Source of the DNA: Chitinophaga pinensis
Lineage (GTDB): Bacteria; Bacteroidota; Bacteroidia; Chitinophagales; Chitinophagaceae
DNA: 32,413 nucleotides
Assembly: GCA_945872805.1 (NCBI GenBank)
Contig: CAMCBE010000001.1
Coordinates: forward strand, 1-32,413
Direction: 5' to 3'
The translations under genes were made by a program, and so were the position numbers. The notes beneath the pieces are model-generated. The model was not told the DNA's origin and did no database searches. It saw nothing but the letters and a program-made list of their open reading frames with translations. Positions 10,110-19,153 of the stretch are shown piece after piece; the first letter of the stretch is position 1; each line of letters starts with the position of its first letter.

Positions 10110-10179
10110 TGCAAAGATTGGACGCAGGGTATAAATGATAATTAAATATATAACTATTATAGGCTCTCATAATTATAAA

Positions 10180-11091
10180 TCAAGAATACACCTCCGCCAT
10201 CATGCATCGAGCACTGCCACCGCCAATAGTTTCAATTGTATAGAGCGGGCTATGTATAATGGGATTATAAGACTCAATCTTATTTACCTGCTCTTTAGTG
10301 AGGTTTTCATACGCTTGGGTAGACATGACCAGAAACATTTGCTCCTCAATATTGCAAACCTGCAACATATTACCACAAAAATGTTCCATCTGATAAAAAT
10401 TGATGGAAATGATTTCTTGTCCGTTAGTTGCTAATAAACTAACCAATTTTTCTTTTTCAGTTTCATCTTGAATAGCATCAAGGCAAACAATAGCGTACTT
10501 ATCGGCAACGCACATTAATACATTCGTATGATAAATCTCTTTATCATTTCTATCTAATGCATGAAATAAACATGCAGTATACCCCAACTCTTTACACCAT
10601 AGTTCAAGTACTTCATCATGTGTTCGTTCAGATAAACACGCATACGCAATTTTATGATTTCGATCCAGAACCATACTTCCAGTACCTTCTAGAAATTTAT
10701 TATCCTGCTCAAAATGGGTAAGATCAATTTTCTCTCGAACACGAATCAATTCATCAACGTTAGCTAAAACCGTGTGCTTCCTTTCAGCTCTTCGGTTCTT
10801 TGCAAACATTGGATATAAAACAATTCGACCACCTTCATGAAACGAAATCCAATTATTGGGAAATATAGAATCAGGTGTTGGTGGAAAAGGAGTGTCTTGA
10901 ATCACATTAACCACTATATGATAATACCTTAACAATGATACAAAATCAGTAAACTCGGTCAATGCCTTGGCTTGAACATCTTCAATCTTCACCATCTGCT
11001 GGAAATAATTATTTACTGCCGTTTCTTCATTAAAGCCAAAACAAGTTGGTTCAATCATTAATAAAGATGTAAGACGTGAGAATCTAGTCAT
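10180..11091 (-). CDS. ctlX: Amidinotransferase-fold citrulline utilization hydrolase (CtlX family)
   Basis: F.FN.ETA.NNYFQ, TPDSIFPNNW, LYPMFA.NRR.ER, LEGTGSMVLDR, IYHTNV, GGGSARCM (catalytic Cys). Confidence 0.85.
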   Translation of the reverse strand: MTRFSRLTSLLMIEPTCFGFNEETAVNNYFQQMVKIEDVQAKALTEFTDFVSLLRYYHIVVNVIQDTPFPPTPDSIFPNNWISFHEGGRIVLYPMFAKNRRAERKHTVLANVDELIRVREKIDLTHFEQDNKFLEGTGSMVLDRNHKIAYACLSERTHDEVLELWCKELGYTACLFHALDRNDKEIYHTNVLMCVADKYAIVCLDAIQDETEKEKLVSLLATNGQEIISINFYQMEHFCGNMLQVCNIEEQMFLVMSTQAYENLTKEQVNKIESYNPIIHSPLYTIETIGGGSARCMMAEVYS

Positions 11092-11114
11092 ATGTATTTA
11101 ATTATCATTTAACC

Positions 11115-12542
11115 CTATATCTTACTTCTATTCAATGGCATACTCATGCAATGGAAACCACCTCTTGCACGAGATAATTCCGCAGAAGGCATCAATATAA
11201 CAGTATCCTTAATATCATCTGCTGAAATTCTATCCATTTCTAAATCCTGAATTAAATCTTGAACACGTACCAATGAAAAACCAGCCTGCTCAAAAGCAGC
11301 ATTGGTTTTTTCATTTCTATCATAAGAGAGCACAACACCTTCTTTCAATGCAAGTAAATTACAGGAGTCCGTCCACTGCTCCCTTGCAGAATAAGGATAC
11401 TCATTGTTTCCAGAGAAAATAATCTGTACTTCATCGCAGCCAAAATCATGTATGCTAATATTTCGAAGCAATGCTTCTAAACTGGAAAAGTACTTCGGTT
11501 CAGTTAAGTCACGTTTAGTAAACTGCATAACACTAACCTGATCTTCACTTTTACTAATCAAAAACTTCTCTATTGAAACAGAATTATGCTGATTAATCAT
11601 CTGTTCTGAAAACAAGCCCATCATCACCCATACATTTTTTTTAACCTGTGTAAATATGGTATCAATATGCATATAGTCACGCTTATGTGGAATACTGACC
11701 ATACTTACCTTGGATACTAGATTTTTCTCAAAAACTTTCTCAGCTAATTGGGCAGCAGCAGCAGCACTAGTTCGTTCACTTATGCCAATAATAAGATGAT
11801 CTTCAGATATCATCATCACATCCCCACCTTCTAGTGTGATAATGCTTTCGCTATGGTTATCGGGAATTAAAAATGCAGGTCTATTTTGATGCAACTCAAT
11901 AATATTCTCTCTACTTCCACTGAATATGGGATGATAGAAAAAAATATACTTTGCTAGCAGTGCCTCGCGATGCCGAGCAATTTTTGCTGGCTTGTTCAAA
12001 ACAATATGATCTTTAATTACAATCCCAATATCCCGTGTAAATATGAAATTTGGAATCGGAGCAAAAAGAACAGACTTATCATTTCCTGTACCAGATAATA
12101 GACAGCTAGCTAATTCAGATGGGCTATAGGTTTGTAACAGTTCTTGTGTTGAATGGGTGCAACCCTCAATAGCACATACCGAAGCAATGATTTGAGAACA
12201 AAGTAATTTATCAGATAACACTTCAGCTAAAAGCCACTGCAGTTCAATGACATGCTCAGAACGATGAAAGTCATTATGACTTGGTTGATAAAAAACCCTA
12301 TTTGATTCAGGAGCATCAATTTCTTTTAATCTACCTTTTATCTTTTTAGGATCTAGAAAATACATCAATAGCTTAATGTAATGATCATACTCCTCTCTAC
12401 GAATCGTATCAAGGTGGACAATGTCTTCAAATAACCAATCCTGTGCTTTTGATGGAACAACTTTACCTAATCCGTTATCAGGACTATGAATTAATATTTT
12501 AGTTAATTGACCTATCTCAGAAGTAATATTAAAATGAAACAT
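11115..12542 (-). CDS. arcA: Arginine deiminase family protein
   Basis: SEIGQL, WLFEDI, PNFIFTRD, LEGGDV, MHIDT, ELSRARGGFHCMSMP catalytic motifs. ATG at 12542 preferred over the TTG at 12587. Confidence 0.85.
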   Translation of the reverse strand: MFHFNITSEIGQLTKILIHSPDNGLGKVVPSKAQDWLFEDIVHLDTIRREEYDHYIKLLMYFLDPKKIKGRLKEIDAPESNRVFYQPSHNDFHRSEHVIELQWLLAEVLSDKLLCSQIIASVCAIEGCTHSTQELLQTYSPSELASCLLSGTGNDKSVLFAPIPNFIFTRDIGIVIKDHIVLNKPAKIARHREALLAKYIFFYHPIFSGSRENIIELHQNRPAFLIPDNHSESIITLEGGDVMMISEDHLIIGISERTSAAAAAQLAEKVFEKNLVSKVSMVSIPHKRDYMHIDTIFTQVKKNVWVMMGLFSEQMINQHNSVSIEKFLISKSEDQVSVMQFTKRDLTEPKYFSSLEALLRNISIHDFGCDEVQIIFSGNNEYPYSAREQWTDSCNLLALKEGVVLSYDRNEKTNAAFEQAGFSLVRVQDLIQDLEMDRISADDIKDTVILMPSAELSRARGGFHCMSMPLNRSKI

Positions 12543-12567
12543 ATAAAAAAATTGTGTGTAGAGACAA

Positions 12568-12770
12568 ATGGTTAGAAATATCAACAACCCATATCATATG
12601 AATGATTAGCATGATAAATTTTGTATGTACTTAAATTCTATGGGCTATTGAACCCTGTTGTGAAGACAGTATAAATTGAGAAGCTAGTAATCAGGCATCG
12701 GGTTCAAGCCCGCATATATCCATGCAACGTGACACGGTCGGTGAGAAAGTAACATATTCGCCTTCATAAG
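12568..12770 (-). promoter_or_regulatory. Structured 5' leader of arcA-ctlX with alternative stems (candidate attenuator)
   Basis: Segment 12711-12700 pairs with 12655-12642 (12 bp, 2-nt bulge). Segment 12651-12639 pairs alternatively with 12593-12581 (13 bp including 2 G-U pairs that form only on the minus-strand RNA). Segment 12592-12585 can pair with 12574-12568. Confidence 0.55.
12684..12767 (-). CDS. Candidate leader peptide (27 aa) MKANMLLSHRPCHVAWIYAGLNPMPDY
   Basis: ATG 4 nt downstream of a TAACTTGC -7 box; TAG stop at 12686-12684; one Arg codon (CGA). Confidence 0.45.
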   Translation of the reverse strand: MKANMLLSHRPCHVAWIYAGLNPMPDY

Positions 12771-12771
12771 T

Positions 12772-12779
12772 GCAAGTTA
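12772..12779 (-). promoter_or_regulatory. Bacteroidota-type -7 promoter element (TAACTTGC) for the arcA leader
   Basis: Variant of the TAnnTTTG consensus, directly upstream of the uORF and structured leader. Confidence 0.5.
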
Positions 12780-12849
12780 AAAGATAATTACTAATTATTT
12801 CTATCCAAGATATATTTAATAATAGCTCAATAAAAAACGATCGATATAT

Positions 12850-15111
12850 CTAAATACCAAAATCACACAAAAACTTGATTCGCATAATTTTAAGTTGCTC
12901 CCATTCTAGATCTAAATCTGATAACTCGGATCTAGCCACATCCAGGCTACTTGTTTCGCAGCTTTTGAAATATTCTAAAATATCCACTTGATCATCTTGA
13001 TCAACCATTTGGTCTATCGCATATCCTAAATTCAACTTTGTTCCACTCGCGACAATAGTCTCCATTTCTTCTAACAATTGATCCATTGGTATACCACGAC
13101 TTTTGGCAATAACGTCAAGAGCCGTTTTTTTATCTACTTGTTGAATTATAAATACTTTATTGCCACTCTTGTTAACGATGCTTTTCATGAAAAAATCATC
13201 TGGCTTCACTATTTCATTTTCAACAACATATGCCAAGATAACTTCTATAAATTTTTGCCCATACCGCTGGGCTTTCCCTTTACTTACACCACTAATTCTC
13301 TCTAACTCTTCCAAGGTCGTTGGATACTGAATTGACATGTCTTCCAATGAACTCTCAAGGAATATAACAAAAGGGGGTAATTTTTTTTCTTTGGCAATTT
13401 CCTTCCTAAGCTCCTTCAACATTTCAAATAACTGTACATCCGACGCAGCAGGAATTGTGGTATCAGCTACAGCATCTTCATCATCTTCATAAGCATCGTC
13501 AAATGGATTCGTCAACACCAATTGAAATGATACAGGTTTCTTCAAAAAGGCTAAACCTGCTTTCGTGAATTTTAGAACACCATGCTCAGTAATGTCTTTT
13601 TGAAGAAATCCTTCAAGCAGCATCATACGAATTAAGGATAACCAATAATGCTCGGTCTCATCACTACCACAGCCAAATACACTCAATTCATCATGCCTAT
13701 ACATTTGTATCTGCGGAATCATTCTTCCGATTAATATATTCAACACATAATCCGATGAAAATCGTTCATCAAGCGCCTTAATTACTTTAAGTAAATGGAT
13801 AGCGTTTTGCTTTGCTTCTATACGTTCTTTCGGATGAAGACAATTATCACAACTGCCACAATTCTCTGCAACATATGGTTCACCAAAATATGTCATGAGC
13901 ACTTTTCTTCTGCATTGTCCACTTTCTGCAAAAGCAACCATTTCATCAATAAGTTGTCCGCCCACCTCACGTTCACTCAATTGCTTATCCCGTAAAAAAT
14001 GTTCAAGCTTTGAAACATCTTTATGAGAATAATATAAGATACACTTCCCCTCCATACCGTCTCGCCCAGCTCTTCCCGTTTCTTGATAATAATTTTCCAA
14101 ACTTTTTGGAATATTATAATGAATGACAAACCGTATATCTGGCTTGTCAATCCCCATCCCAAAGGCAATGGTTGCAACAATCACCTGAGTATCTTCATTC
14201 AAGAATTGATCTTGTCTATCTGCCCTTAATTTACTGTCTAATCCTGCATGATATGCACATGCTTTAATGCCATTCACATTCAGCAAGGCAGCTAACTCTT
14301 CTGTAGTTTTACGATTTAACGTATAAATAATTCCACTTTTCCCTTTATTCTCTTGGATGAATCGAACGATTCCTCTGATCGTTTGATCTTTATTTACCTT
14401 CGAAATGACCTCATAATAAAGGTTTGGCCTATTAAAAGAAGAAATAAAAATATCCGGTTTTCTCAAACCAAGATTATACACAATATCATGCTGTACTTTA
14501 GGTGTCGCCGTGGCCGTTAGGGCAATTACAGGGGCTTTTTTGTTGATTTGATCCATCATCTCCCTTAATCTCCTGTATTCCGGTCGAAAATCATGTCCCC
14601 ACTCTGAGATGCAATGGGCCTCATCAACTGCAAAAAAAGACACTTTTAAATCACTAAAAAAATCAATATTCTCCTGTCTTGTCAACGTTTCTGGAGCAAC
14701 GTATAATATTTTAGTCTTACCCGTTTTTAAATCACTCTGAACCTCCTTGATCTCTTTCTTATTTAACGTCGAATTTAAAAAATGGGCAACATTATCCTTA
14801 CTGCTGTACCCTCTTACCAAATCAACCTGATTTTTCATCAGCGCAATCAAAGGAGAAACAACTATGGCACAACCATCCATGGTCAATGCGGGAAGTTGAT
14901 AGCATAAACTCTTACCACCTCCAGTTGGCATAATTACAAACGTATCATTGCCCTTGAATAAATTTTGAATGACCACTTCCTGATTGCCTCTAAAGGCATC
15001 AAAACCGAAAAACTCCCTTAATGGGGTTAACAATTCAGGCTGATTAATCGAGGAAGTATTAGCTGTAGATGATTTTATAGACGATTTTGAAGAAGATTTT
15101 ACAGGAGACAT
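12850..15111 (-). CDS. recQ: ATP-dependent DNA helicase RecQ
   Basis: MPTGGGKSLCYQLP, DEAHCISEWGHDFRP, QETGRAGRDG, CRR...C.SCDNC Zn site, RQC and HRDC domains. ATG at 15111 preferred over the track start at 15147. Confidence 0.96.
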   Translation of the reverse strand: MSPVKSSSKSSIKSSTANTSSINQPELLTPLREFFGFDAFRGNQEVVIQNLFKGNDTFVIMPTGGGKSLCYQLPALTMDGCAIVVSPLIALMKNQVDLVRGYSSKDNVAHFLNSTLNKKEIKEVQSDLKTGKTKILYVAPETLTRQENIDFFSDLKVSFFAVDEAHCISEWGHDFRPEYRRLREMMDQINKKAPVIALTATATPKVQHDIVYNLGLRKPDIFISSFNRPNLYYEVISKVNKDQTIRGIVRFIQENKGKSGIIYTLNRKTTEELAALLNVNGIKACAYHAGLDSKLRADRQDQFLNEDTQVIVATIAFGMGIDKPDIRFVIHYNIPKSLENYYQETGRAGRDGMEGKCILYYSHKDVSKLEHFLRDKQLSEREVGGQLIDEMVAFAESGQCRRKVLMTYFGEPYVAENCGSCDNCLHPKERIEAKQNAIHLLKVIKALDERFSSDYVLNILIGRMIPQIQMYRHDELSVFGCGSDETEHYWLSLIRMMLLEGFLQKDITEHGVLKFTKAGLAFLKKPVSFQLVLTNPFDDAYEDDEDAVADTTIPAASDVQLFEMLKELRKEIAKEKKLPPFVIFLESSLEDMSIQYPTTLEELERISGVSKGKAQRYGQKFIEVILAYVVENEIVKPDDFFMKSIVNKSGNKVFIIQQVDKKTALDVIAKSRGIPMDQLLEEMETIVASGTKLNLGYAIDQMVDQDDQVDILEYFKSCETSSLDVARSELSDLDLEWEQLKIMRIKFLCDFGI

Positions 15112-15351
15112 GGGTAAGATGCAAGCCTTTTTTAATAAAATGATCAATTAACAAGCGAAATCGTGTATAAAATTGCCGGATTGGCGAATTTTTAAGGTGG
15201 CATAACAAATTTACCGAATCTAGATCAATATTCCTTGTAGTAAATTGGTATAAACGGCCTAAAAACATTCTTTAACTTTTCATACCTATAAGTAGATTTA
15301 CAGCAATACCATATATTACATAGGTAGATTTAAAAACATCCATAAATATGG

Positions 15352-15359
15352 TACTTTTG
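15352..15359 (+). promoter_or_regulatory. -7 promoter element TACTTTTG for kdsD-manC
   Basis: Exact TAnnTTTG match 37 nt upstream of the kdsD start. Confidence 0.6.
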
Positions 15360-15396
15360 CCATGCTAAATTGATCCTGATTTTATAACTACTTCAC

Positions 15397-16362
15397 ATGC
15401 AAAGACAATCCATTCAGGATATAGCTAAAAATACCCTTTCGCTAGAAGCCAATTCCATATTGGCATTAACCTCGTATATAGATAATCAATTTGAAGCAAT
15501 CATTGGGCTCATCCACCACATTAAAGGTCGGCTAGTAATCAGTGGAATTGGTAAAAGTGCCATCATTGGACAAAAAATTGTAGCCACGTTAAATAGCACG
15601 GGTACGCCTTCCATTTTTATGCATGCAGCCGATGCAATTCATGGCGACCTTGGAATGATTCAGGAAGATGATATCTTATTATTAATTTCCAAAAGTGGAG
15701 AAAGCCCAGAAATCAGAGTGTTGACGACCTTGATTAAAAATTTGGGGAATCCTCTGATTGCCATGGTTGGGAACATCAATTCTTCTCTTGCACATGAAGC
15801 CAACTACATCTTGAATACTACCGTAAGCCAAGAAGCTTGCCCTAATAACCTAGCGCCAACATCAAGCACAACTGCGCAGTTAGCAATGGGGGATGCCATG
15901 GCAGTTTGCTTAATGGAATTAAAAGGATTTACAGCAAATGACTTTGCAAAGTTTCACCCAGGCGGAACATTGGGTAAAAAACTATACCTAAGGGTTTCAG
16001 ACCTTAGTAAAATGAATAAAAAACCACACGTAAAAGAAGGAAGTAGCCTGAAAGAGGTAATCATGGAAATTACACATAAGCGCTTAGGGTTAACTGCCGT
16101 ATTAAACGAAAGCGAATCGCTAACAGGGGTCATTACTGATGGAGATTTAAGACGAATGTTGGAAAAAGGAAGTGACTTTGAATTAACATTAGCAAAAGAT
16201 ATTATGAGCCTTAACCCAAAAACAATTGAAGCAGATGCTATGGCTGTAGATGCATTAGCCAAGATGAAAAAAAATAACATAACCCAACTTCTAGTAATCG
16301 ATAATGGTACGTATACTGGGGTCCTCCACCTTCATGATTTAATCAAGGAAGGACTTATCTAA
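15397..16362 (+). CDS. kdsD: Arabinose-5-phosphate isomerase (KpsF/GutQ, SIS + CBS domains)
   Basis: GIGKSA, HGDLG, EACPNNLAPTSSTT, FHPGGTLGK, C-terminal CBS pair (TDGDLRR, HLHDL). Confidence 0.93.
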   Translation: MQRQSIQDIAKNTLSLEANSILALTSYIDNQFEAIIGLIHHIKGRLVISGIGKSAIIGQKIVATLNSTGTPSIFMHAADAIHGDLGMIQEDDILLLISKSGESPEIRVLTTLIKNLGNPLIAMVGNINSSLAHEANYILNTTVSQEACPNNLAPTSSTTAQLAMGDAMAVCLMELKGFTANDFAKFHPGGTLGKKLYLRVSDLSKMNKKPHVKEGSSLKEVIMEITHKRLGLTAVLNESESLTGVITDGDLRRMLEKGSDFELTLAKDIMSLNPKTIEADAMAVDALAKMKKNNITQLLVIDNGTYTGVLHLHDLIKEGLI

Positions 16363-16372
16363 ATTTATACTT

Positions 16373-17458
16373 ATGATGAACAAAAGTCACTATGTAGCGA
16401 TTATGGCAGGTGGAATTGGCAGTCGTTTTTGGCCAATGAGTAGAACAGCTTACCCAAAGCAATTTCTTGATATATTAAACACAGGAAAAACATTAATTCA
16501 AGAAACATATGAACGATTCACAAAATTCATCCCCACAGAAAATATCTTTATCGTAACCTCTGAAGAATATGTTCCTATTGTAGTTAAACAACTCCCAAAT
16601 ATCCCATTAAAAAATATTGTTGCTGAACCTTCAAGAAAAAATACAGCACCCTGTGTAGCCTATATTTCATATAAACTCAGTAAAATAAATGAAAAAGGCT
16701 CATTGATCTGTGCTCCAGCAGATCACCTAATCAAAGACGAAACTGCTTTCACTAAAGTGTGCCTAGAAGCATTAAGTTTTGTTGGACATCACAAAGCACT
16801 CGTTACCCTCGGAATAAAACCAACTCACCCAAATACAGGTTATGGCTACATTCAATTTGAACAGCAACCTGCGAGTGACAATGTATATAAAGTAAAAACA
16901 TTCACAGAGAAACCCGACAAAGAACTAGCAAAAACATTTGTGTCTAGTGGAGAGTTCCTCTGGAATGCAGGAATATTCGCGTGGCAGATAGATAATATTA
17001 TCTCCGCATTTGAAAAATACCTCCCTGAAATTGCTGAAGTATTTGAAGCTGAAAAATCAAATTTCAATACACCTAATGAAATGGAAGCTATTGAAAGAAT
17101 CTATCCACAGTGTACAAATATTTCGATTGACTATGGAATCATGGAAAAAGCAGATAATGTATACATTATTCCATCAGCGTTTGGTTGGAGTGATTTAGGA
17201 ACATGGAACTCGGCCTATGATAATATGAATAAAGATTATCTTGGGAATGCAGTTTCGGGAAATGATGTTATCGTAATAGATGCTACTCAAAACATGGTAC
17301 ATGTACCAAACGATAAATTAGTTATCCTTCAAGGGATGGATGAATATATTGTAGTAGATACAAAAGATGTACTACTCATTTGTAAAAAAGAGAAAGAGCA
17401 AGAGATAAAACAATATGTAGCTGAAGTAAAACGAAATAAAGGCGATAAATTTTTATAG
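16373..17458 (+). CDS. manC: Mannose-1-phosphate guanylyltransferase
   Basis: IMAGGIGSRFWPMSR...PKQFL, EP...NTAP, GYGYI, FTEKP, WNAGIF, SIDYGIMEKA, WSDLGTW. Confidence 0.93.
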   Translation: MMNKSHYVAIMAGGIGSRFWPMSRTAYPKQFLDILNTGKTLIQETYERFTKFIPTENIFIVTSEEYVPIVVKQLPNIPLKNIVAEPSRKNTAPCVAYISYKLSKINEKGSLICAPADHLIKDETAFTKVCLEALSFVGHHKALVTLGIKPTHPNTGYGYIQFEQQPASDNVYKVKTFTEKPDKELAKTFVSSGEFLWNAGIFAWQIDNIISAFEKYLPEIAEVFEAEKSNFNTPNEMEAIERIYPQCTNISIDYGIMEKADNVYIIPSAFGWSDLGTWNSAYDNMNKDYLGNAVSGNDVIVIDATQNMVHVPNDKLVILQGMDEYIVVDTKDVLLICKKEKEQEIKQYVAEVKRNKGDKFL

Positions 17459-17548
17459 AATCCCATAGTTGAATAAAGTAATCACTTAATAATTCAAAAT
17501 ATAGTCAAAGCATATCCCTTGTTGAGTTTTAAGTATATGCAATAAGTA

Positions 17549-18706
17549 ATGATGATGAATCCGATTAATTCAAAACTACCCAATACAGGAACAAGCATAT
17601 TCACTACAATGAGTGCATTGGCGACCGAAAACAATGCAATCAACCTCGGACAAGGCTTTCCAGACTTTCCAATGGATGAGTCGCTAGCTGCCCTTACTCA
17701 AAAAGCCATTGGCGATGGATATAATCAGTATGCCCCGATGGCAGGCTATCCGGCATTACGCGAATCCATTTCAGAAAAAATAAAATTCTTATACAACACA
17801 ACTGTATCGGCAACAGATTGCATCACCATTACTCCTGGTGGAAGTTATGCGATATATACTGCCTTTACCACTATTCTAAGACCAGGTGATGAAGTCATTT
17901 TATTTGAACCTGCTTATGATAGTTATACCCCAAACATCCTAGTAAATGGCGCAATCCCAATCCGAATAGCGCTTGAATTTCCAAATTATAGCATCAACTG
18001 GGATAAGGTAAAATTGGCTATCAATGAAAAAACAAAAGCCATCATTATAAATAGCCCACATAATCCAACTGGCAGCGTCCTATCACATGAAGATATTTTA
18101 ATGCTCTCATCTATTCTAAAAGACACATCAATCTATTTGATCAGTGATGAAGTTTACGAACATTTAATATTTGATGATAAGCAACATAACAGCATTTTAA
18201 AATACCCCGACTTATTCAAGCGTAGTTTTGTCTGCTTCTCATTTGGGAAAGTATACAACTGTACCGGTTGGAAATTGGGCTATTGCGTTGCACCTAAACC
18301 CCTAATGGATGAATATAGAAAAATTCATCAGTTTGATGCATTCTGCTGTTTTACGCCAAGTCAAGTAGCACTAGCAGAGCATCTAAAAAATAAAAATAGC
18401 TACTTATCATTAAGCAAGTTCATGCAAGCAAAAAGAGATTTTTTTGTCTCCTGCATGAAAGAAACAAAGTTCACTTTGTTGCCTTCGTTTGGAAGCTATT
18501 TCATTTGCGCTACCTATGAACATATCTCAGACCTACCAGCAAATGAATTTAGCATAGAACTAACAAAAAAGCAAGGCGTTGCTACCATACCAGTTTCTGC
18601 ATTTTACATGGATGGGAAAGATGATAAAGTAATTCGATTCTGCTTCGCCAAAAAAGAGGAAACCATTATTGAAGCAACAAACAGACTTCAAGAATTAAGC
18701 AGGTAA
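17549..18706 (+). CDS. Methionine aminotransferase (YbdL-like, PLP class I/II)
   Basis: SKLP..GTSIF..MS, AINLGQGFPDF, NSPHNPTG, SDEVYEH, SFGK...TGWKLGY (PLP Lys), IRFCFAK. Confidence 0.88.
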   Translation: MMMNPINSKLPNTGTSIFTTMSALATENNAINLGQGFPDFPMDESLAALTQKAIGDGYNQYAPMAGYPALRESISEKIKFLYNTTVSATDCITITPGGSYAIYTAFTTILRPGDEVILFEPAYDSYTPNILVNGAIPIRIALEFPNYSINWDKVKLAINEKTKAIIINSPHNPTGSVLSHEDILMLSSILKDTSIYLISDEVYEHLIFDDKQHNSILKYPDLFKRSFVCFSFGKVYNCTGWKLGYCVAPKPLMDEYRKIHQFDAFCCFTPSQVALAEHLKNKNSYLSLSKFMQAKRDFFVSCMKETKFTLLPSFGSYFICATYEHISDLPANEFSIELTKKQGVATIPVSAFYMDGKDDKVIRFCFAKKEETIIEATNRLQELSR

Positions 18707-18727
18707 ATAAGTGAATCGTCTAGTATA

Positions 18728-19135
18728 CTAATGACCGGCTTTCAAATAGCTCCACCCTTCAGATTGTTTTTTAATTAATTCCACAATAGCACTAGGAACA
18801 ACAACAGACTCTTCAACCAATTGTGAAGAATTAATTTTAAAGCGCTTCATCGAATTATTACAGACAGATAATGAAACACCTTTTTCTTTTGCTGATTTTA
18901 TTCTTGAAATAAATACAGTACTATCTTTTACCAACATATATATTGCAGGACCATGAAAAATAACTTCGATTTGTAAATCTGGTACTTGAGCCAATACATT
19001 ATTTATTTGCCTAAATACCCCTGCTGTAGTTGTAGTATCTCCATCAGAAACATCCCATACCACTTTTAATTTTTTATCCTGTGCATATCCAATAGAAGTA
19101 AGAAAAAATGCTATTACAATAAATAAATATTTCAT
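18728..19135 (-). CDS. DsrE-family protein with signal peptide
   Basis: Sec-type signal ending GYA|Q; IEVIFHGPAI, VCNNSM (single Cys), VVPSAIVELIKKQSEGWSYLK. Confidence 0.85.
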   Translation of the reverse strand: MKYLFIVIAFFLTSIGYAQDKKLKVVWDVSDGDTTTTAGVFRQINNVLAQVPDLQIEVIFHGPAIYMLVKDSTVFISRIKSAKEKGVSLSVCNNSMKRFKINSSQLVEESVVVPSAIVELIKKQSEGWSYLKAGH

Positions 19136-19153
19136 AAAAAGAAAAATTTAAAC

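Noticed and set aside
12592-12616. ARG box-like sequence TGAATGATTAGCA and a TATCAT/ATGATA inverted repeat
   Set aside because: The core is one base short of the 14-bp ArgR palindrome and no argR gene is in the window. It is more simply part of the leader RNA structure.
12640-12770. 6S RNA or SRP RNA call for the structured element
   Set aside because: There is no SRP helix-8 motif. The CUUGAACC...GGUUCAA stretch and a possible closing stem (UGAAGGCG with UGUCUUCA) are 6S-like, but the pairing extends toward the arcA start and an ORF begins at the promoter. 6S is not excluded; it needs an Rfam cmscan.
15066-15100. GATTTT repeats encoding KSS-x-KSS-x-KSS at the RecQ N-terminus
   Set aside because: This is a low-complexity disordered tail, not a repeat array.
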